Of a stretch of 64,000 bases of DNA, positions 29,827-40,437 are shown one piece after another; the stretch's first letter is position 1; each line of letters starts with the position of its first letter. The notes under the pieces are model-generated. The model worked only from the letters and a program-made list of their open reading frames with translations. It had not been told where the DNA came from and searched no databases. The stretch is from Candidatus Hermodarchaeota archaeon (GTDB taxonomy: Archaea > Asgardarchaeota > Lokiarchaeia > Sigyniarchaeales > SOKP01). Location of the stretch: positions 1-64,000 of the forward strand of contig JBHLLG010000012.1 in the NCBI GenBank assembly GCA_048885925.1, read 5' to 3'. The translations under genes and the position numbers were made by a program.

Positions 29827-31134
29827 TTGTTGAAAAATCATAATGAAAACTATCAATTTAATATTGATAAATTTTATAAGGGTTATCTCAAAGGTCCAAG
29901 GATTTTTAATAATCGAGACGCCCTAGAATCATCATATATTCCTGAAGAACTTCCCCATCGTGATTCTCAGATAAAAAATATTGCTGAAAAAACGGCTTGT
30001 GCTTTATTGGGATATACCCCGCCAAGTTTCTTATGTTATGGCATGACAGGTACAGGCAAAACAGCAACTATAAGATATGTAAGTCAAAAGTTAGCACATC
30101 AAAATTCAGCAATCAAGCCATGGTGGATATATATTAATTGTAATATTGTCTCAACTCCTTATCGTATTTTAGCTCACATTTATAACACTATTTCGAGACG
30201 GGAGAAAATTCCGCCAACAGGGCTTCCAAAGGACATAATTTTTAAAAAATTACTTGGATTATTAGATATTAAAGTTGGGAATACAATTTGTTTTTTGGTA
30301 TTGGATGAAATAGATATTTTAGTTGATAAGAAGGGCGGAAATGAGATATTATATGATTTAACACGATTAAATGAGAATTTAGATAATTGTAAAACGAGCA
30401 TAATTGGTATTTCAAATAAATTGAAATTTAGAGAGAATCTAGATCCACGAATAATTTCTAGTTTAGGTGAAGAGCATATAGTGTTCCCATCATATGATGC
30501 TAGTGAGCTTAGAGATATTTTAATTGAAAGAGCTAAAATTGCTTTTCATGATAAAGTCTTAAAAGAGGAAGTTATTCCTTTATGTGCAGCCCTAGCAGCG
30601 AAGGAGCATGGAGATGCCCGAAAAGCGTTACAATTGTTAAGAAAAGCAGGTGAATTGGCTGAGAGAGTTCAAAATAAAATTGTTACAGCTAAACATGTAG
30701 AAAAAGCTCAAGAAGATTTAGAAAACGATCATATTATGGAATACATAAAGGGTATGCCACTCCAAGCACAATTGATTTTATTATCAATATATTTAATTTC
30801 AAAATTCAGCCCTGATCATATTATTATATCTGGCGATATTTATGAAGTTCATTCAGAAATTAGAACTTTAATACCTGGGGTAAGACAATTAACTAAACGA
30901 AGGATAAGTGATTATATTAATGAATTAGCATTAGCAGGAATAATCTCTGCTGAAGTTAAATCTATGGGACATTATGGAAGGACAAAAATAATTAAACTTG
31001 ACATTGGAATGGAGGTTATTGGAAAAGTTTTAAGAGAGATAGAGAAAATTAAGGGGATTCTAAATCACAAACCAGTTTTACTACAGATTGATAAGGTTAA
31101 ATTAAAAAATAACATCTTTAAAAAGTTAATTTAA
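29827..31134 (+). CDS. cdc6: Orc1/Cdc6 replication initiator
   Basis: YIPEELPHRD, GMTGTGKT, LVLDEID, LDPRIISSL, HGDARKAL, C-terminal WH with GHYGRTK. Confidence 0.95.
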   Translation: MLKNHNENYQFNIDKFYKGYLKGPRIFNNRDALESSYIPEELPHRDSQIKNIAEKTACALLGYTPPSFLCYGMTGTGKTATIRYVSQKLAHQNSAIKPWWIYINCNIVSTPYRILAHIYNTISRREKIPPTGLPKDIIFKKLLGLLDIKVGNTICFLVLDEIDILVDKKGGNEILYDLTRLNENLDNCKTSIIGISNKLKFRENLDPRIISSLGEEHIVFPSYDASELRDILIERAKIAFHDKVLKEEVIPLCAALAAKEHGDARKALQLLRKAGELAERVQNKIVTAKHVEKAQEDLENDHIMEYIKGMPLQAQLILLSIYLISKFSPDHIIISGDIYEVHSEIRTLIPGVRQLTKRRISDYINELALAGIISAEVKSMGHYGRTKIIKLDIGMEVIGKVLREIEKIKGILNHKPVLLQIDKVKLKNNIFKKLI

Positions 31135-31814
31135 AAAGTAAAATCCCATTTATCTATATCTTCAGCTAAATTCTTTAGCAAAATTTCTGCTGATTTTTCG
31201 TCATTTTCTCTTAATAATAAAAACAGCTTTGTTATATGTTTACAAAATTTTTTATTTTCAGCCCTTCTAGATTCATAGTCATGACAATTATGATAAAATA
31301 TTTTTTTATTAAGATCAAGTTCAATAATATAAGATTCTTTTTTGGAACCTAAAACTTTTGATTTTAAAATTCCTTTTTCACTATTATATTCCAATGATTC
31401 AAATGCATCATCAGCAATAGATACTGATCTATTTAAAGTAGCTTTATCTGTAAAAGCATTAAGAAGAACACCAAAAGAATTTGATTCTTTTTTTTGTATA
31501 TCTTTTTTTAATTGATTAATCTTTTTGGCAGAATTTAATTTTTCAAGAATATCGTTTTTTCGCTTGTGTTGCCAATTCTTTAATTTTTGGATTAATAAAT
31601 TTGATAATTGAAGATTTTGATCATTAGTTTTTATAAGGAGTTTATCTTCAATGCATTTTTTAATAAATAATGTTGCATTCTCCGGAGAAAAAAGGAAAAG
31701 ATCAAACGAAATTTTATATAGTAAATCATTTAATGATATTGAAGGGAGATCGATTATTTTCCAGAGATATAATAACATTTCTGAATTATTTTTACGAGGA
31801 ATTGCAAAATTCAT
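31131..31814 (-). CDS. SWIM zinc-finger protein with N-terminal winged-helix-like domain
   Basis: V.GS....Y.I.......HNCHDY......FCKHI SWIM-like motif. Confidence 0.7.
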   Translation of the reverse strand: MNFAIPRKNNSEMLLYLWKIIDLPSISLNDLLYKISFDLFLFSPENATLFIKKCIEDKLLIKTNDQNLQLSNLLIQKLKNWQHKRKNDILEKLNSAKKINQLKKDIQKKESNSFGVLLNAFTDKATLNRSVSIADDAFESLEYNSEKGILKSKVLGSKKESYIIELDLNKKIFYHNCHDYESRRAENKKFCKHITKLFLLLRENDEKSAEILLKNLAEDIDKWDFTF

Positions 31815-31852
31815 GATAATTGAGTGATATTTTCTTTTTTAATGAAGATTAA

Positions 31853-33661
31853 TTAAACACTACTTTTTAAGTCTAACTGTGTTCCTTTTAATGTATCTAA
31901 ATCAACAATTGACAGAATACCAGGAGTAGGATGAATACCTAGGGAATTCATAAATTCTGTCTGAGTTTGGAAACATCCAGAATTTACTAATGAAATATTA
32001 TTATAATAATCCATACCATTAATGTGGATATGGCCTGTGTGAAAAATATCTGGAATTTTATCTATAACAAGCCAATCATTACTTGTAGGGGCAATTTGGG
32101 TTTTTTTACCATATACTGGTGCTAAATGCCTACATTTTAATAATTCAACCATAGTATCGATTGGTTTATTATTATCTAAACCATGTATTAACATATTCAA
32201 ATCGAGGAGACTGTCACCATGAAAAACTAATGTATTAACATTATGTGTTTGAATAAGGGAGGGATTTCCTATGCATAATACACCATTATCTATAAGTTCT
32301 GCCGAATATTTCTTTGGAACTGCTGGTCGAGGTATTGCATTTCTTACAGGTTCATGATTACCTGAACTATAGAAAATTTTAATATATTCTGGTACTCCCG
32401 AAAGGATTTCCTTAGCTTTCTCAAATTGTTTATATATATCAGTTATAATTAGATCACTTTTTTGATTTGGATAAACTCCTATTCCATCAACTAAATCCCC
32501 ATTAATTATCAAATATTTAATTCTTCCCGCTATTTCCTTTTGTTTTTTATTTCCTATTTTTCCATTCAAGAAATCAATAAATCTATTCCATAAATGTTCT
32601 TCAAATTCTTTGCTACCAATGTGAGTATCAGAAATTAATGCAATAGATAATGGAGATATAGACATATTTGGTTGATAATCTCTAGGAATATCTATTTTTG
32701 ATATATAATTGCCATATACAATACCGCCTTTTCTATTATCTCCTGGATTATAAGTCCCCTCTACATAGATCATTTGATCATTAAGACATCTTTCAGCGAT
32801 TTTTACATTTTCTTGGTTTTCTGAATCATTCTTGATTATTACATTAATACTGTTGGTAAGATCTTCCAAGGTTAAAAAGAAGTTTCCATTTTTAGTCTTA
32901 TGGATATCATAAATCATTCCGATGACAGAGATTTCAACTTTATTGGTTAATCTTAAAATATTATTAATATTGTTTGCAGAATGAACTTCTGGCCTTTTTT
33001 TAATTAATTCTCGAAGTTTATTGAATTTATCTAATGTTAAATTATAAAAATCTTCATAAGTTCCATTTGTATATAGCTTGTCTGTTGGATCTTTTAATAT
33101 CTTATAATTAAAATCATATTCTTTTGCGGAGGGTTTAAATTTCAATGTTGATCTTGATGATTGATATGGTGTTGTTCTGGTTTTGTCTTTTTGTATTCCT
33201 AAAGGAGATTTCTTGCTGGTTTCATCCACAACAAAAGAATTCTCTTGATTTTCTTGTTGAATATTTAACTTTTTTACATTCTTAAATCCATCTGAAGTTT
33301 GTGGTTTTGCTTCTGTTATCTCTACCTCTTCGTTTGAATTTAATGATGCAGCATAAAGTTTTTCTTTTAAATGTTGATTTTGGATAGTCTTAGATTGAAT
33401 TTCTTTTATTAGTACTTGATTTAATGCTTTTTCTATTTCAGGATTTGAAATCTTACGTAATACGTCTATAGTTAGATGACTATCAAAACTAGGAAGAAAA
33501 CTAATATTTTTAATAATTAATTTGACCTTTTCTAAAGGGGCATCTAACTTTAAAAGAATTTCTAGAATTGACGGTGTTAGATTAATACCAGAATTGACGA
33601 ATTCCTTAATAACGACTTCTTTTAAATTTAAATTATCTGATTCCAATATTTTCCGATCCAA
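31853..33661 (-). CDS. polB: DNA polymerase D small subunit DP1
   Basis: OB fold (LTLEDLT), ISDTHIGS, GDLVDGIGVYP, GNHE, FHGDS, RHLAP, FHTGHIH, NSGCFQ. Confidence 0.95.
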   Translation of the reverse strand: MDRKILESDNLNLKEVVIKEFVNSGINLTPSILEILLKLDAPLEKVKLIIKNISFLPSFDSHLTIDVLRKISNPEIEKALNQVLIKEIQSKTIQNQHLKEKLYAASLNSNEEVEITEAKPQTSDGFKNVKKLNIQQENQENSFVVDETSKKSPLGIQKDKTRTTPYQSSRSTLKFKPSAKEYDFNYKILKDPTDKLYTNGTYEDFYNLTLDKFNKLRELIKKRPEVHSANNINNILRLTNKVEISVIGMIYDIHKTKNGNFFLTLEDLTNSINVIIKNDSENQENVKIAERCLNDQMIYVEGTYNPGDNRKGGIVYGNYISKIDIPRDYQPNMSISPLSIALISDTHIGSKEFEEHLWNRFIDFLNGKIGNKKQKEIAGRIKYLIINGDLVDGIGVYPNQKSDLIITDIYKQFEKAKEILSGVPEYIKIFYSSGNHEPVRNAIPRPAVPKKYSAELIDNGVLCIGNPSLIQTHNVNTLVFHGDSLLDLNMLIHGLDNNKPIDTMVELLKCRHLAPVYGKKTQIAPTSNDWLVIDKIPDIFHTGHIHINGMDYYNNISLVNSGCFQTQTEFMNSLGIHPTPGILSIVDLDTLKGTQLDLKSSV

Positions 33662-33885
33662 AGTAGAATTACTAGAAATATTGAAGAGTAAAATTAAATT
33701 ATTTGTTATTAAAGGAAAAACATATTCTCATTTATAATAATGGGGTCCAGTAATTTAGCATTCTCTCTGATTTTATATTTGAAATAGCTGATTAATAATT
33801 GAATTTAATTTATTTAGAAAAATAAGTATAATAATTCAAAATTTCATCTATTCAATATTTTACACGAGAAAAATTTAGAATAATA

Positions 33886-36800
33886 ATGATAGATTTAAGC
33901 AAATCGATGGAACATTATTTTAATCTAATTCAAAAACAGGTAGATCAATGTTATAAAATCGCTGAAGCGGCTCGCCAGAAAGGTATTGATCCAGAATTGT
34001 ATGTAGAATCCCCTCAGGCAAAAGATCTTGCTGGACGAGTTGAGAAATTAGTAGGACCAAAAGGGGTTGCAGAAATTATCAGGCATTTAAAATTGAAAGG
34101 TTTAACTGAGGATGAACTTGTTTTTAGAGTAGTTTCTGATATTTTAGATAAAAATTTGGGAAATATTGAAGATTTAGAAAAACGCGTCGATAGAGCGATA
34201 AGAGTAGGGTTGGCGATTAAAACAATGGGGGTTGTTAGTGCACCGCTTGAGGGAATATCTAAAATACTAATACGAAAAGATATATTTGGCAGAAAGTATT
34301 TGTCTTTATATTTCGCAGGACCAATTAGAGCTGCTGGAGGAACAACTGCGGCATTATGTGTATTAATTGCTGATTATGTTAGAAAGAAATCAAACATTCC
34401 AAGATATGAGGCGACGGAAGCAGAAATAGGAAGATATGTTGAAGAAGTTAAATTATACGATAGAAGAGTTCATTTACAATATCCCTCATCTAATCAGGAA
34501 ATACGTTTCGCTGTAAGTAAATTACCAGTTGAAATCAATGGTGATTCAACTGAAGATGAAGAGGTATCAGCATTTAGAGATTTGCCCAGAATTGAGACAA
34601 ATAATATTAGAGGGGGCGCTTGTCTTGTTTTAAATGATGGAATTCTTCTAAAAGCACCAAAATTGCTTAAAATTGCTAATGCTATGAAAATTGAAGGATG
34701 GGATTGGCTTGCTGAATTGAAAACTATTAGTCAGAAACAGGAAAAGAAGAAAAAATTAAAGAAGGAAATGGGCGGAAATGGGGTTAAAATCCCTCCAAAT
34801 TCAAAATTTGTTGCAGATATTATTGCAGGACGCCCAGTTTTTAGTCATCCCTCGAAAATAGGTGGGCATCGAATAAGGTATGGCCGGTCAAGAAATACAG
34901 GTTTAGCTGCTGGAGGAATGCATCCTGCTACTATGGCATTATTAGATGAATTCATTGCTATTGGAACACAATTAAGAATTGAACGTCCAGGAAAAAGTAC
35001 TAGTATCTGTCCCGTAAATTATATTGAACCACCAATAGTAAAGCTGAAGAATGGGGATGTTATAAGGGTATCAAACATTAAAAAGGCTATACAAATTTTT
35101 TCTGATATCAAGAAAATTCTATTTTTAGGAGATATTTTATTTGGTTTTGGAGAATTTACAGAAAATAATCATAAATTGGTCCCTTCCGGATATGTAGAAG
35201 AATGGTGGGCCCTCGAATTGGAAAAATCTCTTAAAAAGCGAGTTACAGGCAAAGAAAGTGTTGAAAAATTTATTGCTAATCCTTTTGAAAATATTCCTAC
35301 AGCTGAAGAAGCTATCAAAATTTCAAAAGAATTTGAAATACCTCTACATCCTTCTTATTTAGATTTCTGGGGAAATATTTCTTTAGAAGAATTGGATACG
35401 TTACGTAATGCATTTATTAAGAGTTACAATGAATTAGAACAAAAAATTTATTTGTATTATGAGAAACCAATTAAAAAAGTGTTAGAAAAAGCTTTTATTA
35501 GACACAAAATAAAGGATAATAAAATTTTTTTTAGTAAACGCATGAGTTTCATATATAAAACAATTTTTGACTTAAATAATAAAAATACTGTTAAAATTGA
35601 TAAATATGATAATGTATTTACATATTTCTATAATATATCATCGATTAAAATTAAAAATAAGGCACCATATTATATGGGATCACGTATGGGAAGACCTGAA
35701 AAGTCAGAAAGAAAAAGTATGAAAGGAATTCATGCCCTTTTTCCTTTAAGTGATATTGTAGGGAGTTCAAGATTAATAGAAAAAGCTATGGAGCATAGCA
35801 CGAGAAAAGAAAATGAAACTCAACAGAAAAAGAGAAAATCAGTTAATTTTGGAGGACCAAATAATGTTGTAGAAACGGGAAGAATTAAAATAGATGTATG
35901 TAGAAAGAAATGTTCTAATTGTGGGAAGGTGAGTATTTTTAACTTATGTTATAATTGTGGTAAACACACCGAACTCCAAAAAATATGCACGCGATGCAAG
36001 ATCCTATATCCTACGTTTGAAGATAAATGCTTGAAATGTCATGAAATTCTAAAAACATCCAGCGAAGCTAAAATCAATATTAAATTACATGTGAATTCTT
36101 TTTTAAAATCAATTCATATCCCATTACCCAATAAATTTAAAGGAATTATCGGTCTTACAAGTAAATATAAAGTTCCTGAACCTATTGAAAAAGGAATTTT
36201 AAGAGCGAAGAATAAAGTTTTAGTTTATAAAACAGCTGAAATAAGATATGATGCTACTGATATTCCATTGACTCACTTTAAACCAAAAGAAATCGGCACA
36301 TCCATAAAAGTATTAAAAGAATTAGGATATAATCATGATATTCATGGCGATCCTCTTGAAGATAAAGATCAGATTTTGGAATTGAAAGTTCAGGATGTTA
36401 TTCTTTCTGATGATTGTGCTAAATATTTTATTAAAGTTGCTAATTTTCTTGATGATGAATTAGAATTAATTTATATGTTGAAACGATTTTATTACATTAA
36501 AATTCGAGAAGATTTAATAGGGAATTTGGTTGTGGGTTTAGCTCCTCATACAAGTGCAGGAATTATAGGTAGAGTAATTGGTTTTTCTCCTGCTAATGCA
36601 ATCTATGCCCATCCTTACTGGCATGCAGCAAAAAGACGAAATTGTGATGGAGATGAAGATGGAATTATGTTGCTTTTAGATCCGTTATTAAATTTCTCAC
36701 GACATTACCTTCCAAGCAAAATTGGTGGAAGAATGGATGCAACTTTAGTGATTGGCACAAAAATTGACCCAAATGAAATTGATGCTGAAGCACATAATAT

Positions 36801-37401
36801 TGATACTTTATTTAAGTATCCTTTAGAGTTTTATGAAGCAACTGAAAGATATATTACACCCTCTGAAATAGAGGGAATAATGAAATTAATCAAAAGTTGT
36901 TTAGGTACACCTTATCAATATGAACATATTGGGTATAATATACCAACTGATGATATTAATGAGGGTCCTACAAATTCAGCGTATAAATTATATGAAACTA
37001 TGGATGATAAAATTAATGCTCAATTACATCTTGCCAAAATCATTAAATCAGTTGATGCAAAAAAGGTGGCTGAAAAAATTTTAACTACTCACTTCAATCC
37101 AGATATCCTTGGAAATTTAAGAAAATTTACAGTTCAAAATTTTCGATGTGTCAAATGTAATGAAAAATTTAGGCGGCCCTCGATATCAAATGGTGGAAAA
37201 TGCCCTAAATGTGGAAATAAAATTATTTTAACAGTAAATCGTGGAGGAATAGAAAAATATATATCTCGTGCTTTAGATTTGTGTAATGATTTTAATTTAG
37301 ATAATTATACTAAACAGAGAATGGAATTAATAAAGGAATATGTAGAAAGTTTAACAAATAATCCAAAAATTAAACAGCATAAGTTATCTGATTTTTTTTA
37401 A
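33886..37401 (+). CDS. polC: DNA polymerase D large subunit DP2
   Basis: APLEG, AGPIRAAGGT, RYGRSRNTG, RMGRPEKS, HAAKRRNCDGDED, Zn fingers, C-terminal PIP box QHKLSDFF; no intein. Confidence 0.97.
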   Translation: MIDLSKSMEHYFNLIQKQVDQCYKIAEAARQKGIDPELYVESPQAKDLAGRVEKLVGPKGVAEIIRHLKLKGLTEDELVFRVVSDILDKNLGNIEDLEKRVDRAIRVGLAIKTMGVVSAPLEGISKILIRKDIFGRKYLSLYFAGPIRAAGGTTAALCVLIADYVRKKSNIPRYEATEAEIGRYVEEVKLYDRRVHLQYPSSNQEIRFAVSKLPVEINGDSTEDEEVSAFRDLPRIETNNIRGGACLVLNDGILLKAPKLLKIANAMKIEGWDWLAELKTISQKQEKKKKLKKEMGGNGVKIPPNSKFVADIIAGRPVFSHPSKIGGHRIRYGRSRNTGLAAGGMHPATMALLDEFIAIGTQLRIERPGKSTSICPVNYIEPPIVKLKNGDVIRVSNIKKAIQIFSDIKKILFLGDILFGFGEFTENNHKLVPSGYVEEWWALELEKSLKKRVTGKESVEKFIANPFENIPTAEEAIKISKEFEIPLHPSYLDFWGNISLEELDTLRNAFIKSYNELEQKIYLYYEKPIKKVLEKAFIRHKIKDNKIFFSKRMSFIYKTIFDLNNKNTVKIDKYDNVFTYFYNISSIKIKNKAPYYMGSRMGRPEKSERKSMKGIHALFPLSDIVGSSRLIEKAMEHSTRKENETQQKKRKSVNFGGPNNVVETGRIKIDVCRKKCSNCGKVSIFNLCYNCGKHTELQKICTRCKILYPTFEDKCLKCHEILKTSSEAKINIKLHVNSFLKSIHIPLPNKFKGIIGLTSKYKVPEPIEKGILRAKNKVLVYKTAEIRYDATDIPLTHFKPKEIGTSIKVLKELGYNHDIHGDPLEDKDQILELKVQDVILSDDCAKYFIKVANFLDDELELIYMLKRFYYIKIREDLIGNLVVGLAPHTSAGIIGRVIGFSPANAIYAHPYWHAAKRRNCDGDEDGIMLLLDPLLNFSRHYLPSKIGGRMDATLVIGTKIDPNEIDAEAHNIDTLFKYPLEFYEATERYITPSEIEGIMKLIKSCLGTPYQYEHIGYNIPTDDINEGPTNSAYKLYETMDDKINAQLHLAKIIKSVDAKKVAEKILTTHFNPDILGNLRKFTVQNFRCVKCNEKFRRPSISNGGKCPKCGNKIILTVNRGGIEKYISRALDLCNDFNLDNYTKQRMELIKEYVESLTNNPKIKQHKLSDFF

Positions 37402-37612
37402 TGATTTTCACAAATCAATTGAAATATCAACCAGAGTCATAAATTCAATTGATGATATAAGATTTTAGATAAAAACCGAGAAAGTTAGAAGTGTTGATAT
37501 AAATATTATTCATTTATGTAACTACAATTAATAAATTTAAAATATAGACGATATGAAAACAATCCAGAACGAATATCGTTGTACTAAGAACAATAATTTA
37601 TGTTATTTTTTA

Positions 37613-37761
37613 TGCAGGAGGTGGGATTTTCAAAAGAGATCGATAAGATCTTAGCCAATTTTTGAACCCACGAAGACCTATGTCACTAGAGCCTCAGTAT
37701 CGCCATAGAAACATAATTATGTAATCCACTAGCGCCGTAGACCAAGCTTGGCAACTCCTGC
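37613..37761 (-). tRNA. trnL: tRNA-Leu(GAG) with two non-canonical introns (30/31: 37699-37728, 30 nt; 59/60: 37627-37660, 34 nt)
   Basis: Acceptor GCAGGAG/CTCCTGC-A; removing both inserts gives an 85-nt tRNA with anticodon arm CTAGA-CTGAGGC-TCTAG, long variable arm and GTGGG-TTCAAAT-CCCAC; central helices CGCT/GGCG and TTCA/TGAA. Confidence 0.88.
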
Positions 37762-38101
37762 GTTTTTATTTATATTTCCTTGTTTTGAATTATTAGAAAA
37801 TATTGATTTATGATAATGTATTTAATTTTTAAAATTTTTTTCCTAATTTTCCTAAATTAAATAACTCATATGATTTTTAAGAAAAATATCAAAGACTAAA
37901 TGTTCTAAAAAAAATTATTACTTTTTTTAATCTGCTAAATCAAAATTCACCTTTTATTAAGATAAATCTAAACTTGATATTCAAATTTCTATAACACTTA
38001 TCGTTTTCTATAAATTTTTATAAAAGACTTATTTTATAAAATATTAGATTTAGATCATTTTATATTACATTTAATAATACTAATTAAATGTGATCAAATT
38101 C

Positions 38102-39115
38102 ATGTCAGTCGATCGAAAAAAATTAGAAGCATTACTTAAATGGTATCAACAGGAGGTTGGAGAAAATTTAATTGCGTCTCTTATTGTAAATAGAGAAGGC
38201 TTAGTAATGTTTGCTTTAAAGGGTTCTTCTGAAACAGAGGTTGAAGAAGATGTAATTGGTGGGGTCAGTGCATTAGTAGAGCCTGTTTTAACAAGAATTA
38301 CAAAAGAGTTTAGCTCTGGTTCCTTTGGTACAGGCACTTTTGATACAGAAGAACAGAGATTCATTTTTTGTGAAGCTGGTCCTGAAGCAATTTTTGTAAC
38401 TGTATTGAATTCTATAGCAATGGTTGATCCTGTTTTTCCATATGCTTATTTAGCTGCTGAGAAGATTGCTAGAATATTTGATGGAAGATCAGTAAGTCCC
38501 GTAATCCCAAAATTATATACGAGTAAAGATTCTCAAAATATTGAAAGAAAGATCGATAAACTTCAGAAAATTAAGATTCAATCAGCAGAATATGCATATA
38601 AATTAATTCTAGGTGGTGAAGGAGGAGTAGGAAAAACTAGTATGGTTCATCGTTTCGTCGAAGATTCCTTTCAAAAGGACTATAAATCCACTATTGGTAC
38701 CTCAATCATGAAAAAAGAATGTGATTTTAAAGGTTTGGAATCAAAAGTTCGATTTGTTATTTGGGATTTAGCAGGACAAGCACAATTCAAGCGTGTTAGA
38801 CAGTCTTATCTAGCTAATGCTGAAGCGGGTATTCTAGTTTATGACGTAACACGTAAAGATACTATGGATAGTTTAGAAGATTGGTTTGAAGAAATTAAAA
38901 GTGTCTCGCCAGTAATATCACTAATTCTAGTTGGTAATAAGATAGATTTGGAAGATCAGCGAGTAATTCCACCGGAACAAGGAGAAGAATTAGCAAAAAA
39001 ATTAAATCTTTCGTACATTGAAACATCAGCAAAAACGGGAGAAAATATAAATGATGCTTTTAAAATGCTGGCTCTAGAAATAATTAAAAGCTATATGATT
39101 ACAGAAGAAGTATAG
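38102..39115 (+). CDS. Roadblock/LAMTOR-like domain fused to Rab-like small GTPase
   Basis: N-terminal ASLIVNREGLVM roadblock pattern; GEGGVGKT, STIG, WDLAGQ, NKID, ETSAK; ATG at 38102 (track start GTG 38090). Confidence 0.9.
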   Translation: MSVDRKKLEALLKWYQQEVGENLIASLIVNREGLVMFALKGSSETEVEEDVIGGVSALVEPVLTRITKEFSSGSFGTGTFDTEEQRFIFCEAGPEAIFVTVLNSIAMVDPVFPYAYLAAEKIARIFDGRSVSPVIPKLYTSKDSQNIERKIDKLQKIKIQSAEYAYKLILGGEGGVGKTSMVHRFVEDSFQKDYKSTIGTSIMKKECDFKGLESKVRFVIWDLAGQAQFKRVRQSYLANAEAGILVYDVTRKDTMDSLEDWFEEIKSVSPVISLILVGNKIDLEDQRVIPPEQGEELAKKLNLSYIETSAKTGENINDAFKMLALEIIKSYMITEEV

Positions 39116-39119
39116 CTAA

Positions 39120-39220
39120 AGCCTCTGGGGGGAATTGAACCCCCGACCTACGGATTACGAATCCTTAGCATTTAAGGCAAAATGACTAAAAACGTTGCTC
39201 TACCGCTAAGCCACAGAGGC
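39120..39220 (-). tRNA. trnT: tRNA-Thr(CGT) with a 29-nt intron at 28/29 (39165-39193)
   Basis: GCCTCTG/CAGAGGC-T acceptor; spliced arm ACGGA-TTCGTAA-TCCGT; central helix AGCA/TGCT with bulges AC|G and AA|G. Confidence 0.9.
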
Positions 39221-39283
39221 AAACAAATTTTAAAATTAAATTATCTTGAAAAATTATAAGCTTTAAAAAATTTTAAACTTTAT

Positions 39284-40312
39284 TTGATGAAAAATAATAT
39301 TCAAATAGGAAATTTAGGAGAACTTAAATTAATAGAATTAATAGAAGATTTAGTCTTAAAGAAAACTGGAAATCCAATTTTAAGAGATGATGCATTTTTT
39401 GCTGATATTTCCAGTAAAAATTTGGACGAAAAAATTGTCTTAAATTCAGATATGTTAGTATCCACCACTGATGTACCAATTCAAATGAATTATTATCAAG
39501 TAGGCAGAAAATCGATTCTAATGAATATAAGTGATTTATTGGTAAAAGGGGTAAAACCTAAAGGTATTATTTTATCTTTTGGTTTACCAAAAACACTTAA
39601 AGAAAAAAATTTTATAGATTTATTGCTAGGAGTTATTGATTTCTGTATGAAATACCATCTTGAATATATCGGTGGAGATATTAATGAAACTAAAGAATTA
39701 ATAATAAGTCCTACTGTTTTTGGTTTTAAACCATCTTCAAATTTGATTTATAGAAGAGGGATAAACATCGGTGATATTATTGTAGCAAATAATAAATTTG
39801 GATTAACTGGGGTAGGATTTGATATTCTTTTAAATAAAAAAGGTGAAATTCACGATTTTCCAAATTATAAAAGATCAATTATGAGTGTCTTAGAACCGAA
39901 TATCTCAGGAATTGAAGCTCAAATATTGTCAGAAAGAAAGCTGGCAACTGCAAGTATAGATTCTTCGGATGGTTTATATAGATCTTTAAGTGATTTAATG
40001 ATTTCTAATCCAAATTTAGGTTTTGAAATTGATTTTAATGAGAATTTAATTGATTCAGAAGCGATGAGCTATGCCCAGGAATTTAGCTGTTCATTAGAAG
40101 ATTTAGTATTGAATGGAGGTGAAGAATTTATTCATCTATTTACTATAAATCCTAAGGATTATAATCTCGCTAAAAAAGAAATTCAGTCTATGAATGGGCA
40201 GATTATTAAAATCGGAAAAATAGTTTCTGATAAATATATTAAGATTGTAAAAAATGGGGAAAAAAAAGAAGTTAAATACCATGGATTTGAACATTTCATT
40301 AAAAAGACGTAA
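39284..40312 (+). CDS. thiL: Thiamine-monophosphate kinase
   Basis: LGELKLI, DDA, NSDMLV, NISDL, IGGDIN, IDSSDGL, GGEEF. Confidence 0.92.
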   Translation: MMKNNIQIGNLGELKLIELIEDLVLKKTGNPILRDDAFFADISSKNLDEKIVLNSDMLVSTTDVPIQMNYYQVGRKSILMNISDLLVKGVKPKGIILSFGLPKTLKEKNFIDLLLGVIDFCMKYHLEYIGGDINETKELIISPTVFGFKPSSNLIYRRGINIGDIIVANNKFGLTGVGFDILLNKKGEIHDFPNYKRSIMSVLEPNISGIEAQILSERKLATASIDSSDGLYRSLSDLMISNPNLGFEIDFNENLIDSEAMSYAQEFSCSLEDLVLNGGEEFIHLFTINPKDYNLAKKEIQSMNGQIIKIGKIVSDKYIKIVKNGEKKEVKYHGFEHFIKKT

Positions 40313-40437
40313 AATTTGGTAGTTTTCGATACATTGCTTAAAAATGAAAGAATTCTACGTCAGTTAAATAAAATTTTTAAATTATAATTGATTTATACTC
40401 ATACAATTCACACCTAAACATATATCAAATTCTTCAT

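Noticed and set aside
37445-37500. Possible C/D-box sRNA (TTGATGA ... CCGA ... TTGA)
   Set aside because: Boxes are degenerate, the spacing is poor and no guide target could be identified in AT-rich background.
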